Assembly: GCF_032062105.1 (NCBI RefSeq)
Contig: NW_026932975.1
Location: 186,001-250,000, forward strand
DNA from: Saccostrea cucullata
Lineage: Eukaryota
Direction: 5' to 3'
DNA: 64,000 nt
Position 1 is the first letter of the stretch, and every line of letters starts with the position of its first letter. The translations under genes and the position numbers were made by a program. The notes beneath the pieces are model-generated. The model was not told the origin of the DNA and searched no databases. It worked only from the letters and a program-made list of their open reading frames with translations. This document shows positions 1 through 12,894 of the stretch, one piece after another.

Positions 1-530
1 AACAACCATTGATAATTGACAACATGTCGAGTTGAAGGCCACAGCAAGTGATTTCTTCGTATAAGATTTTGGACAAATTTTGCGTCATATGAATACAAAA
101 ATAGGTCTGCTAATAACGGGGCGCAGTTGGTACCCTTGAGAATTCCAATAGATTGTTGGAAGACTTGGTCTCCAAAAACAACATATATATTGTCAAACTC
201 AAGTATCTTTTTTATGTCAACTTTAGAGTACTTGTGTGTACAATCAGAATGTTTTAACAAATAATTTTGCAAATGACAAATGGAAAGGTAAGTTAATTTA
301 CGAGTTCCATTTTTATTGAAAATGCAGCTGTCAGTGAAATAAAAAAAGGCTGGACTTTAATTTATCGTGGGGAATGGTTGTGTATAAAGTTGAAAAGGCG
401 TAAGTTTTTAAGCTTTTTAAGATTTTGGTAAAATTTTATGATTTCAATTTTTCATTTTTTTCCATCAACAAAATTTCTTTCTGGAAACATTGAAAACATA
501 TTTGCATTCTTTGGAGAACTTCAAACAAAC
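1..530 (-). mobile_element. Penelope-like (Naiad-type) RT fragment, decayed
   Basis: Minus strand reads FSTLYTTIPHDKLK and VFQQSIGILKGTNCAPLLADLFLYSY. Confidence 0.85.
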
Positions 531-589
531 TGTTGGAATGCTAAAGATTTGTTAGCCTTTATTGTTTTTACATTCGTATTAAGCAGCAT

Positions 590-1800
590 TAACGTTTACA
601 TGAAAAAAAAAGAAAACAATGTGGCCTTAATTTCTACATTCAGATATATCGAGACGTTTATCAGTTAATTAAGAAAGCTACATTCATTTTTATGTCGACT
701 CGATATAACCCATATAACTCCATAAAAAGACTTCAAAGACTTCTCAGAGTTTGTCACATCTGTTTCATATTCACCAGATGTTTAACAAACTATAGAGAGA
801 TACATGGAGATAACTAATAGTATTTAAGCTCCAAAGTCCATTAATTATACAAAAACGCAAACACGATCTGTAAAGGAGGAGAGGTGGGATCAGGTGCTAT
901 GACGGAATGAGCACCCCCTGCCGACCGGTCACACCCTCCGTGTGCTCCTTGTCATGATCAGAAAACAACGGTAAATCCGGCAATTCAGTGTGTAATTAAT
1001 GGTTTAACAATTAGTTTTAAAAAAACGTCATTCAGAATATTATTTAATCATGTATTTTTTCACAGAAAATACAAAATGATGACTTTAAACGAGAATGCTG
1101 AAATTCTTGTTTCGTCAACATGTTTGACAATAGTTTGCCTCGTTTTAAAAATTTATATGTAGAGCATGCTCTTGCATAATAAATAATAAACTAACAGCTT
1201 AATTGTATGACAAACGAGAAAACAATCGTTTTCCATCGACAACTTTCCTTATTTATAAGGACTATTAGTTTTCCGCTGTCGTCAACTTTTCTTATGAATA
1301 CTATTTGTTTTTCGCTAACAACTGCATATGGTGTTTATGTTTTCAAACTAAGTCAATACGTAAAATCTTGATTTGAGTGTGATCAATTTTATAAATTGAG
1401 GTAGGCTACTGACAGATAAGTTGGTATAACACGAATTTCAACAAACTCTTAAAATTATCGTTGCGTTTAAATCTATGGCTCTTTTTATGTCCTTGTTAGC
1501 AAATATAACCTTTCATTGGGTCGAATGTAAACTCACAATCTTAATTCCAGTCATTAGACCTTTGTTGTTGTTCATACTGTTGTTTTCTTTTCTTTCTAAA
1601 TTTCACTACAGAATATTTTTTCAACCTGATCAACACATAAAGCTCACGGCACTTATGACCCGTTGAGGGAGTGTGCTTTCTCATCCAAAGGCAACTGGTA
1701 CTACTCAAGGAATTTTCATGCCCGTGTTTTATGCCCTGTTTTGATTAGCATTGTTTGCATTTTTCAAAGAACATTCCTTGTTTGTGATCTTCACACTTTT
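590..1800 (+). mobile_element. Penelope-like RT C-terminal + 3' UTR fragment, interrupted by an antisense copy
   Basis: STFRYIET (decayed YIDD) at about 635-655, LYDKR...NFPYL at about 1205-1255, 3' module at about 1620-1800. Confidence 0.75.
793..1187 (-). mobile_element. Penelope-like 3' end fragment
   Basis: Family 3' module GGTGGGATCAGGTGC...CCCTGCCGACCGGTCACACC. Confidence 0.85.
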
Positions 1801-4184
1801 CATGTTAATATTTGGTTGTGAATCAAATTCTAAATTACTTTAGGGTTAAGTGAACTTTTATGTCGAAATGCCAGTCGTTTCAAAAATAGGAAAATCTTCA
1901 ATAAAGTTCATTAATCTTAAAAAATTATTGCAATGAATTATTAAAAAATAATGTCCCTCATAAATAAAAATATAGAGAATATAATGTTTTTATCAGGTAA
2001 AGGTTAATACTAAAAAAAAGCCAATTTTATTGAGACTCATTTGAAGATTGATTTGATAATGAGTTTTAAATGGGTTTTCTATTATAAGTTCATTTTGATA
2101 TTGACCAAACAGAGGATCAAAACATTGTCCTCAGATTTAGAACTCTCTATACACTAACGAAAAATAATTTGGACTTGAAAGAAAATAATGCAGGGTTAAG
2201 GCAGACATAGTAAAATCATCCAGTTCATAAACATTAGCGTTTTCGATTGTCATCAATGTCTTTCCTTATTAAAACATCCAGATACGAAACTATAACGGAT
2301 CGAATTTTACGGTGTTGTTTACTTCGAAATGAAATAATTATTCACCGCAAAATGACTGATGTCTCGGTATATATTTCTGATTACAATAACTTTATTTCTC
2401 AAATTTGGAAATCAAATAGAATAAGGGATGAAATGTTAATAGCCGAATTCGAGAACGTTTTTGGCCGTTACTTAATTGGGTCATAATTTTTTAAAACTCA
2501 AAAACGGAAAAAAATAGGTTGATTTGTATTCTCAAAATTTTACACAATCCATGGTGTTTGATTTATTTAGCCTTTATTAAACAGTTCTAATAGATGTAAT
2601 TAAAGTCCGCCGAGAACCTGTTAGATTATAAGCAATAACTTTTCAGAATGTATAAATTAGAGGTCCGCTTTCGTTGTTGTTTCATTGTCTTTGACATAAA
2701 ATTTGTTATTGAGCATTTTTAATTAAAACCAGTAAATGAATCCATATCGAGTTAAGTTGACAGAAGATTGTTGTATGTTGACTGTATGTACACACCTAGA
2801 ATGTCATAATTATTGACCAAACTACGTAGACAAGGTACTTAAGTGCAATGTAATGAATACGTATAAAAAATGAGGATCAAAGATAATTAGCAATGGTGAC
2901 ATTCAGTAGTGTATACTTTTTTACAAATAGGATTGTTTTGAAGAAGTACAAAATGAATGTGTTCAGAGTCTTCTGTGTATCGTACTTTACCTGTATTTAT
3001 ATATTTGTTTCATGGAAGAGACTGACAAAGTATTTTTTACTTTTATTCTATGCTAAAAGATACCACATTTTTTTAAAATGAGAATTTTAAAAAATGTAGT
3101 ACACATGTATTGTATTTTCTAAAAACATGAGTGTCATCGGAAAAAATATTGAAATATATGTAATACATAAATCATCAAAATACATACATCTTTTCAGAAT
3201 TTTACTTTCTTTTCAGTAACTTTTAATATATATTTTCATAACTTTAACCATTTTCAATCCATAAAAAATGGACTTTCCGTGGAATTAGGCAAGGACTGTT
3301 GAAAAAAAAATTGGAAAAATCCCTTTTTTCATTAAAAGTTCACTCTTATTTAAAAGTTTGCGGTATCTTTGAAGTTTCGTTAATATTCTGAACAACAGAT
3401 TTTTCTGTGTAACTATGTTGGATTTTACTGACTGAACTATTGAAGGCTTTGTTGAGTGCTTTGACCTGCTGACCAAACAAATTACTACTCAGTCGGTAAA
3501 AGTTTAACTAACCTTTTCACTGATGTTGTCATTCAAACAGTTGTATGTATAGGAATTAGGTTTGATTATAAAAGTCATTTTTTGTTTACAAAGCTAAATT
3601 TAATGTAGTATAAATCAATTTTTACAATTGGTTCTTAAGATTATGTTTTATCATAAATGCATGTATAATTCATTGAATTGCGGGGTTAAAAAATGATAAC
3701 AATGCAAAGAACTAATCAAGGAACGTTTTATATAAACCAGTAAATCAATAGCATACCAGAGGGTTATAAAAATTTATTGATATGGCGCTGTAAAATTAAA
3801 ACCGCTGAAGATTTCTCAATGAAATATGACATTTTTTTCACCATTATTTTTTCAGGTTCAAATAGAAAGAGAAAAAATAAAATGGTTTATATTTCCAACA
3901 AAATGTCAATATCCCATTTAAAACATTTCTATGATTACAAATTGCAACCTTAGGTATTCTATTTGCCGCAATTCAAAGTTCCACTTTCGAAAACTCATAT
4001 AGACTTTGGAAACGTTTAAAAAAAAGCCGGAGATACAAATAACTTGTTTGATGAAATTCTTTCGTGATTTTCAAAAGAACAAAATCAGTTACAGTCAGTT
4101 ATTAACATCGGGGCATCTCATTAGGAACAATAAATTGATACAGAGAGTGTAGACATTGAGAAGCAATTGCGTCGATGCAAGTCA

Positions 4185-4348
4185 GACTCACGGCATTGTC
4201 GGGTGATCATGTAGTGTATCCGGTTAACAGGGGATATTGACTCCTTCTCGGCACCAGATCCCACTCCTGGAATTTCCAGGAGTTTGTGTTTATGCCTTGT
4301 TTACAGATTTGTTATGTTTGAAGTATTTATAAGATCGGTCGCTGTTTC
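4185..4348 (+). mobile_element. Penelope-like 3' module
   Basis: CAGGGGAT..ACTCCT..GGCACCAGATCCCACTCCTGGAATTTCCAGGAG. Confidence 0.75.
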
Positions 4349-5959
4349 GTTAACTTTACCCTTTTCATTTTATTTAATGATAATTGGGCAAATTATTAAA
4401 ATAAAAATCTAAAACTTTATACACTTTTTGAGCTTTTGTTGTTTTATTTGACTTTTTATCTGAATATTTTAAGCATAATCTACTTATTATGATTTTATCG
4501 TACAATTTTTTTTTATAATTCCTCGTACATAACCTCAAACTGACCTCAGTTGTTTAGAATCGGAGCTGAAAATTTGGGAAGCAACGAATATTTACGGCAT
4601 TTCAGCAAACTTATAAAAAGAATTTGTTTTGAAGGCAGCGTCAGTTTTATATACATTTTTAACCCCAGAGTTTGGGAAGACGTACATAACTAACTCAAAA
4701 ATAAAGTACCCGATGGTTAGACTAATAAATATTCGGCACAGTAAAAACAAAAACGGATAAAATTTGTATTAATACTTAATCAGACAATTTGCCCCCCTTA
4801 AGTTAAAAAAGTTCAAATTCAGATCATTATTGTGTCATTATTCATGGCTGCTTCTATACATAAAACCAACTTATGTGCTCAGAGATTCAAAGTTTGAATC
4901 AATGTGCTTGAGAAGTACTGTTGTACCCAAGTGACCTTGAAATGAAATGGAACAGTTGCTCATTTAATTAGCTTAACATACATTGGGGTAGACGTAGTTT
5001 AAAATAATATAGTACTTACAGATTTTAATAAAGTGTTTGTTCGTGTGACGTCAAATCAAACATCTAATCCTTTAAGAATGCACAGGTTTAAAAGAAAGAA
5101 AAGAATGAAAAAATAAAAAATAATTCTTTGAATTTTGCGATTTATGTGGAAATGGTATATGGTTTTGAGTTTGTTAAGGTACATGTATTACGTAAAGGGG
5201 TATCATTATTTTTTGCAATGAAGTGTTACACAGCATTGCTCTTGAGAGCTATCAATTCTATAATAAACTAATTATTTTGTGTCTGCTTGATCGACAAAAT
5301 GTAAAAGTTAATTAACTTAATAACAATTCTGTATTTAATTTTTACTCTACCTTGACCCGAATAATTCTGTTAATCCTTTTTTGCACCATTAGCTGAAATG
5401 AAAATTTTCTTTAATGAAAAATGCAAAGTCATTTCATATAAAATCAATTTATTTTTGTTGTTGAAAATACACATTATCAAGTAAATGGTTGTGCAAATGA
5501 AGATGAAAAATTATTGAGATAAAATTAATATGATGGGCACATTCCTTTTGTATCTTTTACATGTATGATATTTCTATCTTCTTTGAAGTGTACTGCATCA
5601 GTGCATAAGCATTTAAAGAGCAAGAGCAAGGATAATTAAGTCACGGAGATATGCAATTTTAAATTAAAAAAAAATGCAATTTGAGGTAGGGTAAGAAATA
5701 AATCAAATATTTTTAGGTATGACTTCACAATTACAATATTAGCATGCAATATATATAAACTTCTTATGGTTTCTGTAATATTCGAAAAAAAGAAATATGT
5801 ATACCAGTAAGATTAAAAGCATCTATCATCATCTGGTCGTTTCCTCATGTAGACATTTTTATACAAATAGTTTCCATGAATATTTGAATATCTATTGAAA
5901 CTTCCTATTCAACAAATTTTGTTATTCTAAATTTAATGAGAAAGATGAATGAACAATGG

Positions 5960-6590
5960 GTATAACAAACAATGAATAATAGTATTCAAACTCGAAGTTC
6001 ATTGATATAATTCAAAATGCGAGCAGAGCTAACACGGAACTCTAAAAAGATCAAAGGTGGTTCACTGAGGTGCTGCAGCATTCATCCCAATCCACTCCCT
6101 TTTCACATTAATATTCAGTTTTTTATAATGAGAATGAAAAACGTCAAGCAGCACTGGACTCGATGATGAATTGTAATTGCTGACATGGTCATTGCATCGA
6201 CTATAGAACCAAAGGGGCTTGCTCCCGGCATGTAATAATTATTTATTTAAAAAATCATATACGGTAATAATAAAGTGTAGTTTTATTACTACTGTATATG
6301 ATTTTTTAATAAATAAATATTGCACCTCAAGAGCGAGCCCCTGTGTATAGAACTTACAAAACGATGACTGCTGATATTCTTGTTTCATCAACTTGTTTGT
6401 CAATAATTTACATCGTTTTTGAAGTTGTACAAACGTAGATCATGCTTTTGCGTATCTTATACGCTTATACTGAGAGATATGAACTCCGTATGCAGGTGAT
6501 GAAGGTACATTGCTGCATAATGAAAACTTAGTCATCAACTTTATTGCTTGCAATAGGTGCGTTTCTAATCTCTTTTCATCGTCTTGGCGT
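5960..6590 (-). mobile_element. Penelope-like 3' fragment containing a MITE
   Basis: Collinear with the family copies at 21180-21535 and 10850-11370. Confidence 0.75.
6210..6345. mobile_element. 136-bp palindromic MITE with 8-bp TSD (hAT- or P-like)
   Basis: TIR CAAAGGGGCTTGCTC / GAGCGAGCCCCTGTG; TSD TATAGAAC at 6202-6209 and 6346-6353. Confidence 0.85.
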
Positions 6591-8574
6591 GTAAAAATTA
6601 ATTTTCAATATCCGACATTGCCAATGGGAGTGTCTTAACAACACATCTGACAGCAGATTATTTGATGAGCAAACTTTATAAACATTTCAATATAAGGTGA
6701 AGCACATGTCAAAAGTGAAATAAAAGGTTAAACAAACAATGAAAACCATAAGCTTTCTTTTATTTTGTTGATTAGAAATTCGATCTTTTTTTTTTACAAC
6801 TTTGCTGATCATCAAACATTTACCATATATATTGAAAATTAAAGATGAGTGATCATTCGTAAACCTGGCAGTTTCAAGAAAGAATAGCGCAAATAAAATA
6901 GTACAGGTGCACAAGAAGGGATGACAGGTTTGTTCATTGTTCCTGCACACGCTTGTCACGTAAGATGTTGAGTCTGGACTAATTCAACTGTCGTCAAAAC
7001 AAACACGATTAACAATTCATTATCATCCCATCTATGTATATAGTTTAGAAACAAGTCATTATTCTTGCATCACTTGATATCATCTTTTTTTTTGTTTTTT
7101 GTCGTGATAGAATGTTAGACATCTAAAAATAGTTTGTTTTTTCTAAAATAGGACATTCAATTTTTCCTTGTGACAGATTTGATTAGACAAACGTAATTTT
7201 TTCCAGCATATGTTGCAAGGAGAGTATATATACTGTACTTATGTTTATTCATTTTTTTTTATCTGACCATAGGTATTTTTTAACGTCGATAAAATCCTTC
7301 ACCAGTTTGTTCTCGACCAGTTTCACCAGTTTATTCTTTTGAATTTAATCATTTGCATTCATGATTTTATCTTATTCTGCAAACTTCATTGCTTTTTCAA
7401 AATTACTGATGTATAGTCTGTTTTTTGTAATTGAATGAAATATATATTGTTTTTTTTACCTGTTTGGTATTTAAATTAAGTATAGCTTCAATAGTGTATT
7501 TTTAAAACCAAAAAAATAGCACTTGAAATCGAAAGAAATCTCAAGATATGATACAGTACTAGTTCAAAAATTCAAAATTCCAGTTCAATTATTTTAAATA
7601 TTGCTTCGTCACAAAACATACAACTCAAAAATGAGATTTTCCCCAGATGAAGTGAATCAATCAATGCGATTAATAAGAAAGTAAAGATATCACAAACTTT
7701 TTTTTAAAAAATCACACAAAAGAATTATAAAGCCATAAAAAAATTAGACTACGTACACGATTTCTAGCAATGACTAATGTTCCAGAATCGCTTTAATACT
7801 CAACAAATGAAGCCAACATAGGAATATTGGATATGGATAAATGCATATAGGTAATGTACGTGTTTTTAAACTATAACTATTAAGATATTTGTTAGATGAC
7901 ATTAAGAAGAAAGAATATTTGAGAAGAAATCTATTTAAAATCAATAAATGATATTTTTGGAATTTTTAAATGATTTGAAAAATACCACAATCTCGTGAGT
8001 ATGTCATGAACAATGATGTATTTTCTCTTATTTAATGATCTTCTTAGGAAACTATTCTAACATTTACAAAAGTCCTATTTCAAATCGATTATGTTTTACA
8101 CTGGTTTGTTTATTTTCATCCTTTAAAAGATTTCATCCGTGCATATGTACGGTGTTGTTGATATTATTAAGCTGTATTTAAATTCTTCTGTGTCATTTTA
8201 AATACACAGCACAACTTGTTCTTGTTCTGGGATAACAAAACCACATTTACCTTTTTATTAGATACTGTTGTCTCCTATTTCTCCTTTGATCTTTATTTAA
8301 AGCTTACTGATAATTTAAATCAACAAAATCCGCACTATTTTATGTGCTTTTAATTTGTTCACACATAATGCATCACAGTACATGTGATTTATGGTACCAA
8401 TATAGCACTTAGCCTTCTAATCTATAATCAATTACTGTGGTTTCGTAAGAATGACATTTGCAATAGTATTTTTAGAGATGTTTGACAATTCTACTTTAGT
8501 TTGCTTTTCCAGTCAAACAATTATTACCAGGAGTTCTAGGTATTCTTGACTCTTTTATAAAGTTTGTTAACGTG

Positions 8575-8735
8575 AATGAAATAGCAAAGATGTCGAACAG
8601 TTATCAATCTTATTAATCCTGCAAATGTACAGAGCAAAAAACACGGACATCTGCAAAAACCAGGGGTGGGATCAGCTGCCTCAGAAGAAATAAGCATCCC
8701 TTGTAGATCAAGTACAGCTGCCGTGAGCATTCTGT
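8575..8735 (-). mobile_element. Penelope-like 3' module
   Basis: ACACGGAC...GGTGGGATCAGCTGCC...AGCATCCC...GCCGTGAGC. Confidence 0.75.
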
Positions 8736-10074
8736 AGTAAGCAGGTAAGCTGACAAATTTTAGTCAAAATATATAAAATTAATTTAATATAATTATACTG
8801 ATTTTTCTTACTTTCTTATTTGAAATAACAGTTTTTATATCGTACATGTATTTGAAATTATTTCTTTATTTGAATGGGTGATGAAGTTAAGTCTCACAGA
8901 AATTTGCCATAATGTAAAGAATATTTACATGTAGGCTTGATGCTCAGGCAAAATAGACGCCCCATATCCAATGTATATGCGGCGTCAATTTATCAATTTA
9001 TCTGTCTATATCAAATTGATAATCTATTTTTAAAAAAAACGAAGAAACAACAAGTTTTAAATCTGAATGTAACAAGAATTCCACATTTTAATCAAAGACT
9101 GTATCAAAATTTAGGAAAATTAAGAAGAGAACAAATGTGAATTTTAAGGAGAAAAAACTTTTTTTTTTACTGATTTGCAAAGTGCCATCGAGTACAAATG
9201 GCGATACACATTTTAAGTGGATAATCTAGCAGAGTAAATAGTCTAAAGTTCTGAAGATAAGGCCTGTCTCTTATGACCACAGATGGCTTCAGCGTTACCA
9301 CACAACGTGAGAGAGAACAGAGACTTCGGTATTAATTTTGAATTGTATATTCATGTACAAGTATTAAGATCGAGAGATCAAGATACAAATCTAAAGAAAA
9401 TCAATTACCCCGATAAAGCTTTTCACTCTATATCATTTATAAGAGTTATTCCTTTTTGCAAATCTCTCTCTCTCTTAACCGAAATTTAATGCAAATAATA
9501 AAGAAAATCTAGGTACATATGACAATTTTAATATCATGATGTAAATTATGCAGTGATTTGAATGCCTGACATAGTTCTGGAAAATATGCCTAGAATTGTT
9601 AGTAATAATAATTTTAAAGTAATTTCAATATGAAAAAAAAAATTGTCAGAATTCAAAGTTCTAGTAATTAGTAATTAGGACTGAATAAATGCAATGGAAA
9701 TCTATAATGTCTCGTTGTAAATGAAAATGTCTTTAAATACTAGTAGTTTTTTATGAGAAAGATTGGGGCTTAGTGGATCACTGGAACCAGCAATGTATCT
9801 TTGTTTGCAAAGACAGGTGTCAAACTTTTGAAATGCTAATATATGTTGTGCATGAGTGTGTAATTAAGTGTTCAAGCAGCTCAAACAAAATGCTTCTAAT
9901 CTAGCATGCATTTGTTAAATACAAACTATATGACGAATAACGTATTTTTTCCCCTAAAAATGTTTTTGTATTTAAATTGATTTTTTTTTTCACAAATAAG
10001 AATACTTAGTGCATTTATAGGCATGTTATAAAAATTAGTTTTCAGGGAATTTGAACACATTGATAGCAAGGGTG

Positions 10075-11372
10075 CGTTCTTTTATTCCGAAACTTCATAC
10101 AAATCCTTACGAACAAAGATACATAGCGGGTTCCAGTAAATGTTCAACCAAGTCTCTTTTTTAAATCCTCACTAAGATATTAACAGTAATGAAGGAGAAA
10201 CTTCAAGAGTATACAGTGCAACAAAATATTCGAGAAATGGAATAAATCAGATGTGGATAATTATACATTCCAGGGAACTTTTGGAAAATTTAGATTGCAA
10301 GATTTTTCCAAAATAAACTGCTTAAAAACTTACGATTTTTCAACTTTGTACACAACCATTTCCCACGATAAATTAATGGCCATGCTTTTTTGATATTGAC
10401 AGCTGCTTTTTCAATAAAAATGGAACTCGTAAATTTACTAACCTTGTCATTGGTAATTTGCAAAATTACACTGAAGTTGACGTCAAAAAGATGCTTGAAT
10501 TTTTGATTGACAATATCTATGAGGTTATTGGAGACCAGGTCTTCCAACAATCTATTGGAATACCCATGGGTACCAATTGCAGACCTTTTTTGTATTCATA
10601 TGAAGCAGAATTTTTCCAAAACCTTATTACCGTGAAAAGAGGACAAAACTTGCTATGGCATTCAACTCGACATTTAGATACATCGACGACGTATTGTCAA
10701 TTAGCAATGGTTATTTCCATTCTTATGTCGATAGGTTATATCCCGGTGAGCTTGAAAAAAGATACCATAGAGTCTGACACATCTGTTTCATATTTGGATA
10801 TTTTACTTGAAAAAGACGTTAATGGTAATCTAACAACCAAGCTCTAGGATAAACGTGATGACAAATTTTTCAATCGTCAGCTTTCCTTACTTATGCACCA
10901 AAATACCTTCAACACCTGCATATAAGGTTTATATCTCTCAGTTGATTCGATACGCAAAAGCATGCTCTGCGTATGTACAAATTCTAAAACGAGGAAAATT
11001 AAAGACAAACAAGTTGATGAAACAAGAATATAAGCAGTCTCGTTAAAAGTCATCATTTCGTAAGTTTCATGTTCGATTCAATGACCTTGTCAACAAATAC
11101 AATTTATCATTGAGTCAAATGCTGACTGACGTTTTTCATACTAATTGTTAGGCCATTATTTACACTCTAATTTGACGACGGATTTTTTCGTTATTTCCCG
11201 ATCATCACACAGAGCACACAGTAGGTGTGACCGGTCGGCAGGGGATGCTCACTCTTTCGTGGCACCTGATCCCAGCTCTGATGTTTTTGAGTTCCGTGTT
11301 GGTTCCGCTTCTATTTTTTATTATTTATGACTTTTGAGCTTGAAAACTGTTTGTTATTTCCATATATTTCAT
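10075..11372 (+). mobile_element. Penelope-like (Naiad-type) element, 5'-truncated pseudo-RT plus 3' UTR
   Basis: PKLH.NPY..RYIAGSSKCS, DFSTLYTT, GIPMGTNC, FRYIDD, ISQLIRYA.ACS; frameshifted; no GIY-YIG after the RT. Confidence 0.9.
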
Positions 11373-12104
11373 TCAATAAAGTTTGCTTTATTTGATCCAA
11401 AACGTTTTTCTTACGCTTAGATTTATATACTGTAAATATTCTACATTGTCCTCATGCATTTGATATTTAGATGGTTTTGAGTGAAAAATGAACTCGAATT
11501 AGATCGGGGCCATTCTAGTGCAATGGAATTTTAGAATACACATTACTAGCGAGAAACGCTTTTGTGATTTTTGAGTTTGACATGCAGCTAAAAAGTACAT
11601 GTAATAAATAATTTTCTTGGAAGTACTTAATCGGCTCACACAGTTTTAATACCATTGAAAATTTGTTTTCCTTGAAATTTTCGAAGAAAAAATAAAACTT
11701 TGGTTAAAGCATCAAAAACTTTAAAAATAAAGAGACGTATGAAAGATACAAAGTTAGAATCGTTCTTAATTCCAGAATGTTTTATGAAAGCCGGATTGTA
11801 GCAAACCTAGTTACATCAAGAATATTATTCTTGCAAATTGGAAATGTAAGGAAATGTCAATATTAAATAAAATTGCAAAATTCAATGCATCTTTTCTTCG
11901 AGCCTTTTAGTAGCACTATGTTTTTTATCCGAAGGATGCATTTATATTTTAGCTCTTTACTTCACTGCTTGACTAGATATGTATAAAGTATTTCTAAAAA
12001 TCCCAGTTTTTCTTTTATAAAGAAATTCGGTTTCAAAAATATTTACTTAGCTAAACATTTCGGTTGGACTTAAGAAATTTAATTTTAAAAAAGATTACAA
12101 TATG

Positions 12105-12240
12105 ATAGAAATGCTTTTACAATTATTTTTCATTCCTATGGATCTTTTTCAAAACAATTTTTGATTCTTAAAATCCATAAGTATTAGCTCTATTTATAGA
12201 AATGCTTTTTCAATTATTTTTCATTCCTATGGATCTGTTT
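12105..12240. repeat. 45-bp direct repeat, 91-bp period
   Basis: ATAGAAATGCTTTT(A/T)CAATTATTTTTCATTCCTATGGATCT occurs twice. Confidence 0.9.
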
Positions 12241-12649
12241 AGATTTACCATAATTGAATACAACAATTTTGCCTACCACGAAAAAATAAAACCCATACTC
12301 AATATACTGAGATTATCGTCTCACTCTAGATAGTGTCGTAATTAAACAGAGATATCGGTCAGTCTTTTAACACTGCCCAAATATACCCCATTTTCTATTA
12401 ACCAATTTATTATTTTTGCATAGACTTAATTTATAACTCATTTTTCAGAAAAAAAGGGATTAAAAAAGCCTATTAAGGGCATTTTCAATAAACGAAAAAA
12501 TCCAAATCAATTTTATCCAAAGCTGAATCAACAGAACAAAGGTACACTTTTCAAAATAGGAATGATAAACCTTGATAACTGAGATATTTTCTGTCTGTAT
12601 GATCAAGAATAAACACCAGAAATAATCTTTCTTCTTTCTTCTGTCCATT

Positions 12650-12860
12650 ATTTATACACCGAATTGACGACGGATTTTCCCGTTATTTCCTGATCATGAC
12701 AAGGAGCACACGGCGGTTGTGACCGGCAGCAGGGGATGCTCACTCCTCCATGGCACTTGATCCAACCTCTGATGATTCGGAGATCCGTGTTTGCTCTGCT
12801 CCTATTTTGTATTGTTTTATGGACTTTGATACTGAATTCTACATTCGTTATCTCCATATC
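12650..12860 (+). mobile_element. Penelope-like 3' module
   Basis: Close match to the family 3' module. Confidence 0.85.
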
Positions 12861-12894
12861 CTATTCCTACCCTTTCTCCATAATTATTTAGAAA

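Noticed and set aside
3285-3476. Short ORFs in the left half (for example 3285-3476, 9283-9489, 32609-32821)
   Set aside because: No recognisable motif or consistent exon chain.
10458-11046. ORFs of 129 and 63 aa as functional genes
   Set aside because: Frameshifted pieces of a dead retroelement RT.
11195-11300. Hammerhead ribozyme in the PLE repeat
   Set aside because: No CTGANGA...GAAA core conserved across copies.
10075-11372. Selenoprotein-type Naiad (in-frame TGA plus SECIS)
   Set aside because: The lesions I checked are frameshifts and ordinary stops, and I could not fit an AUGA/AA/GA SECIS to the 3' module.
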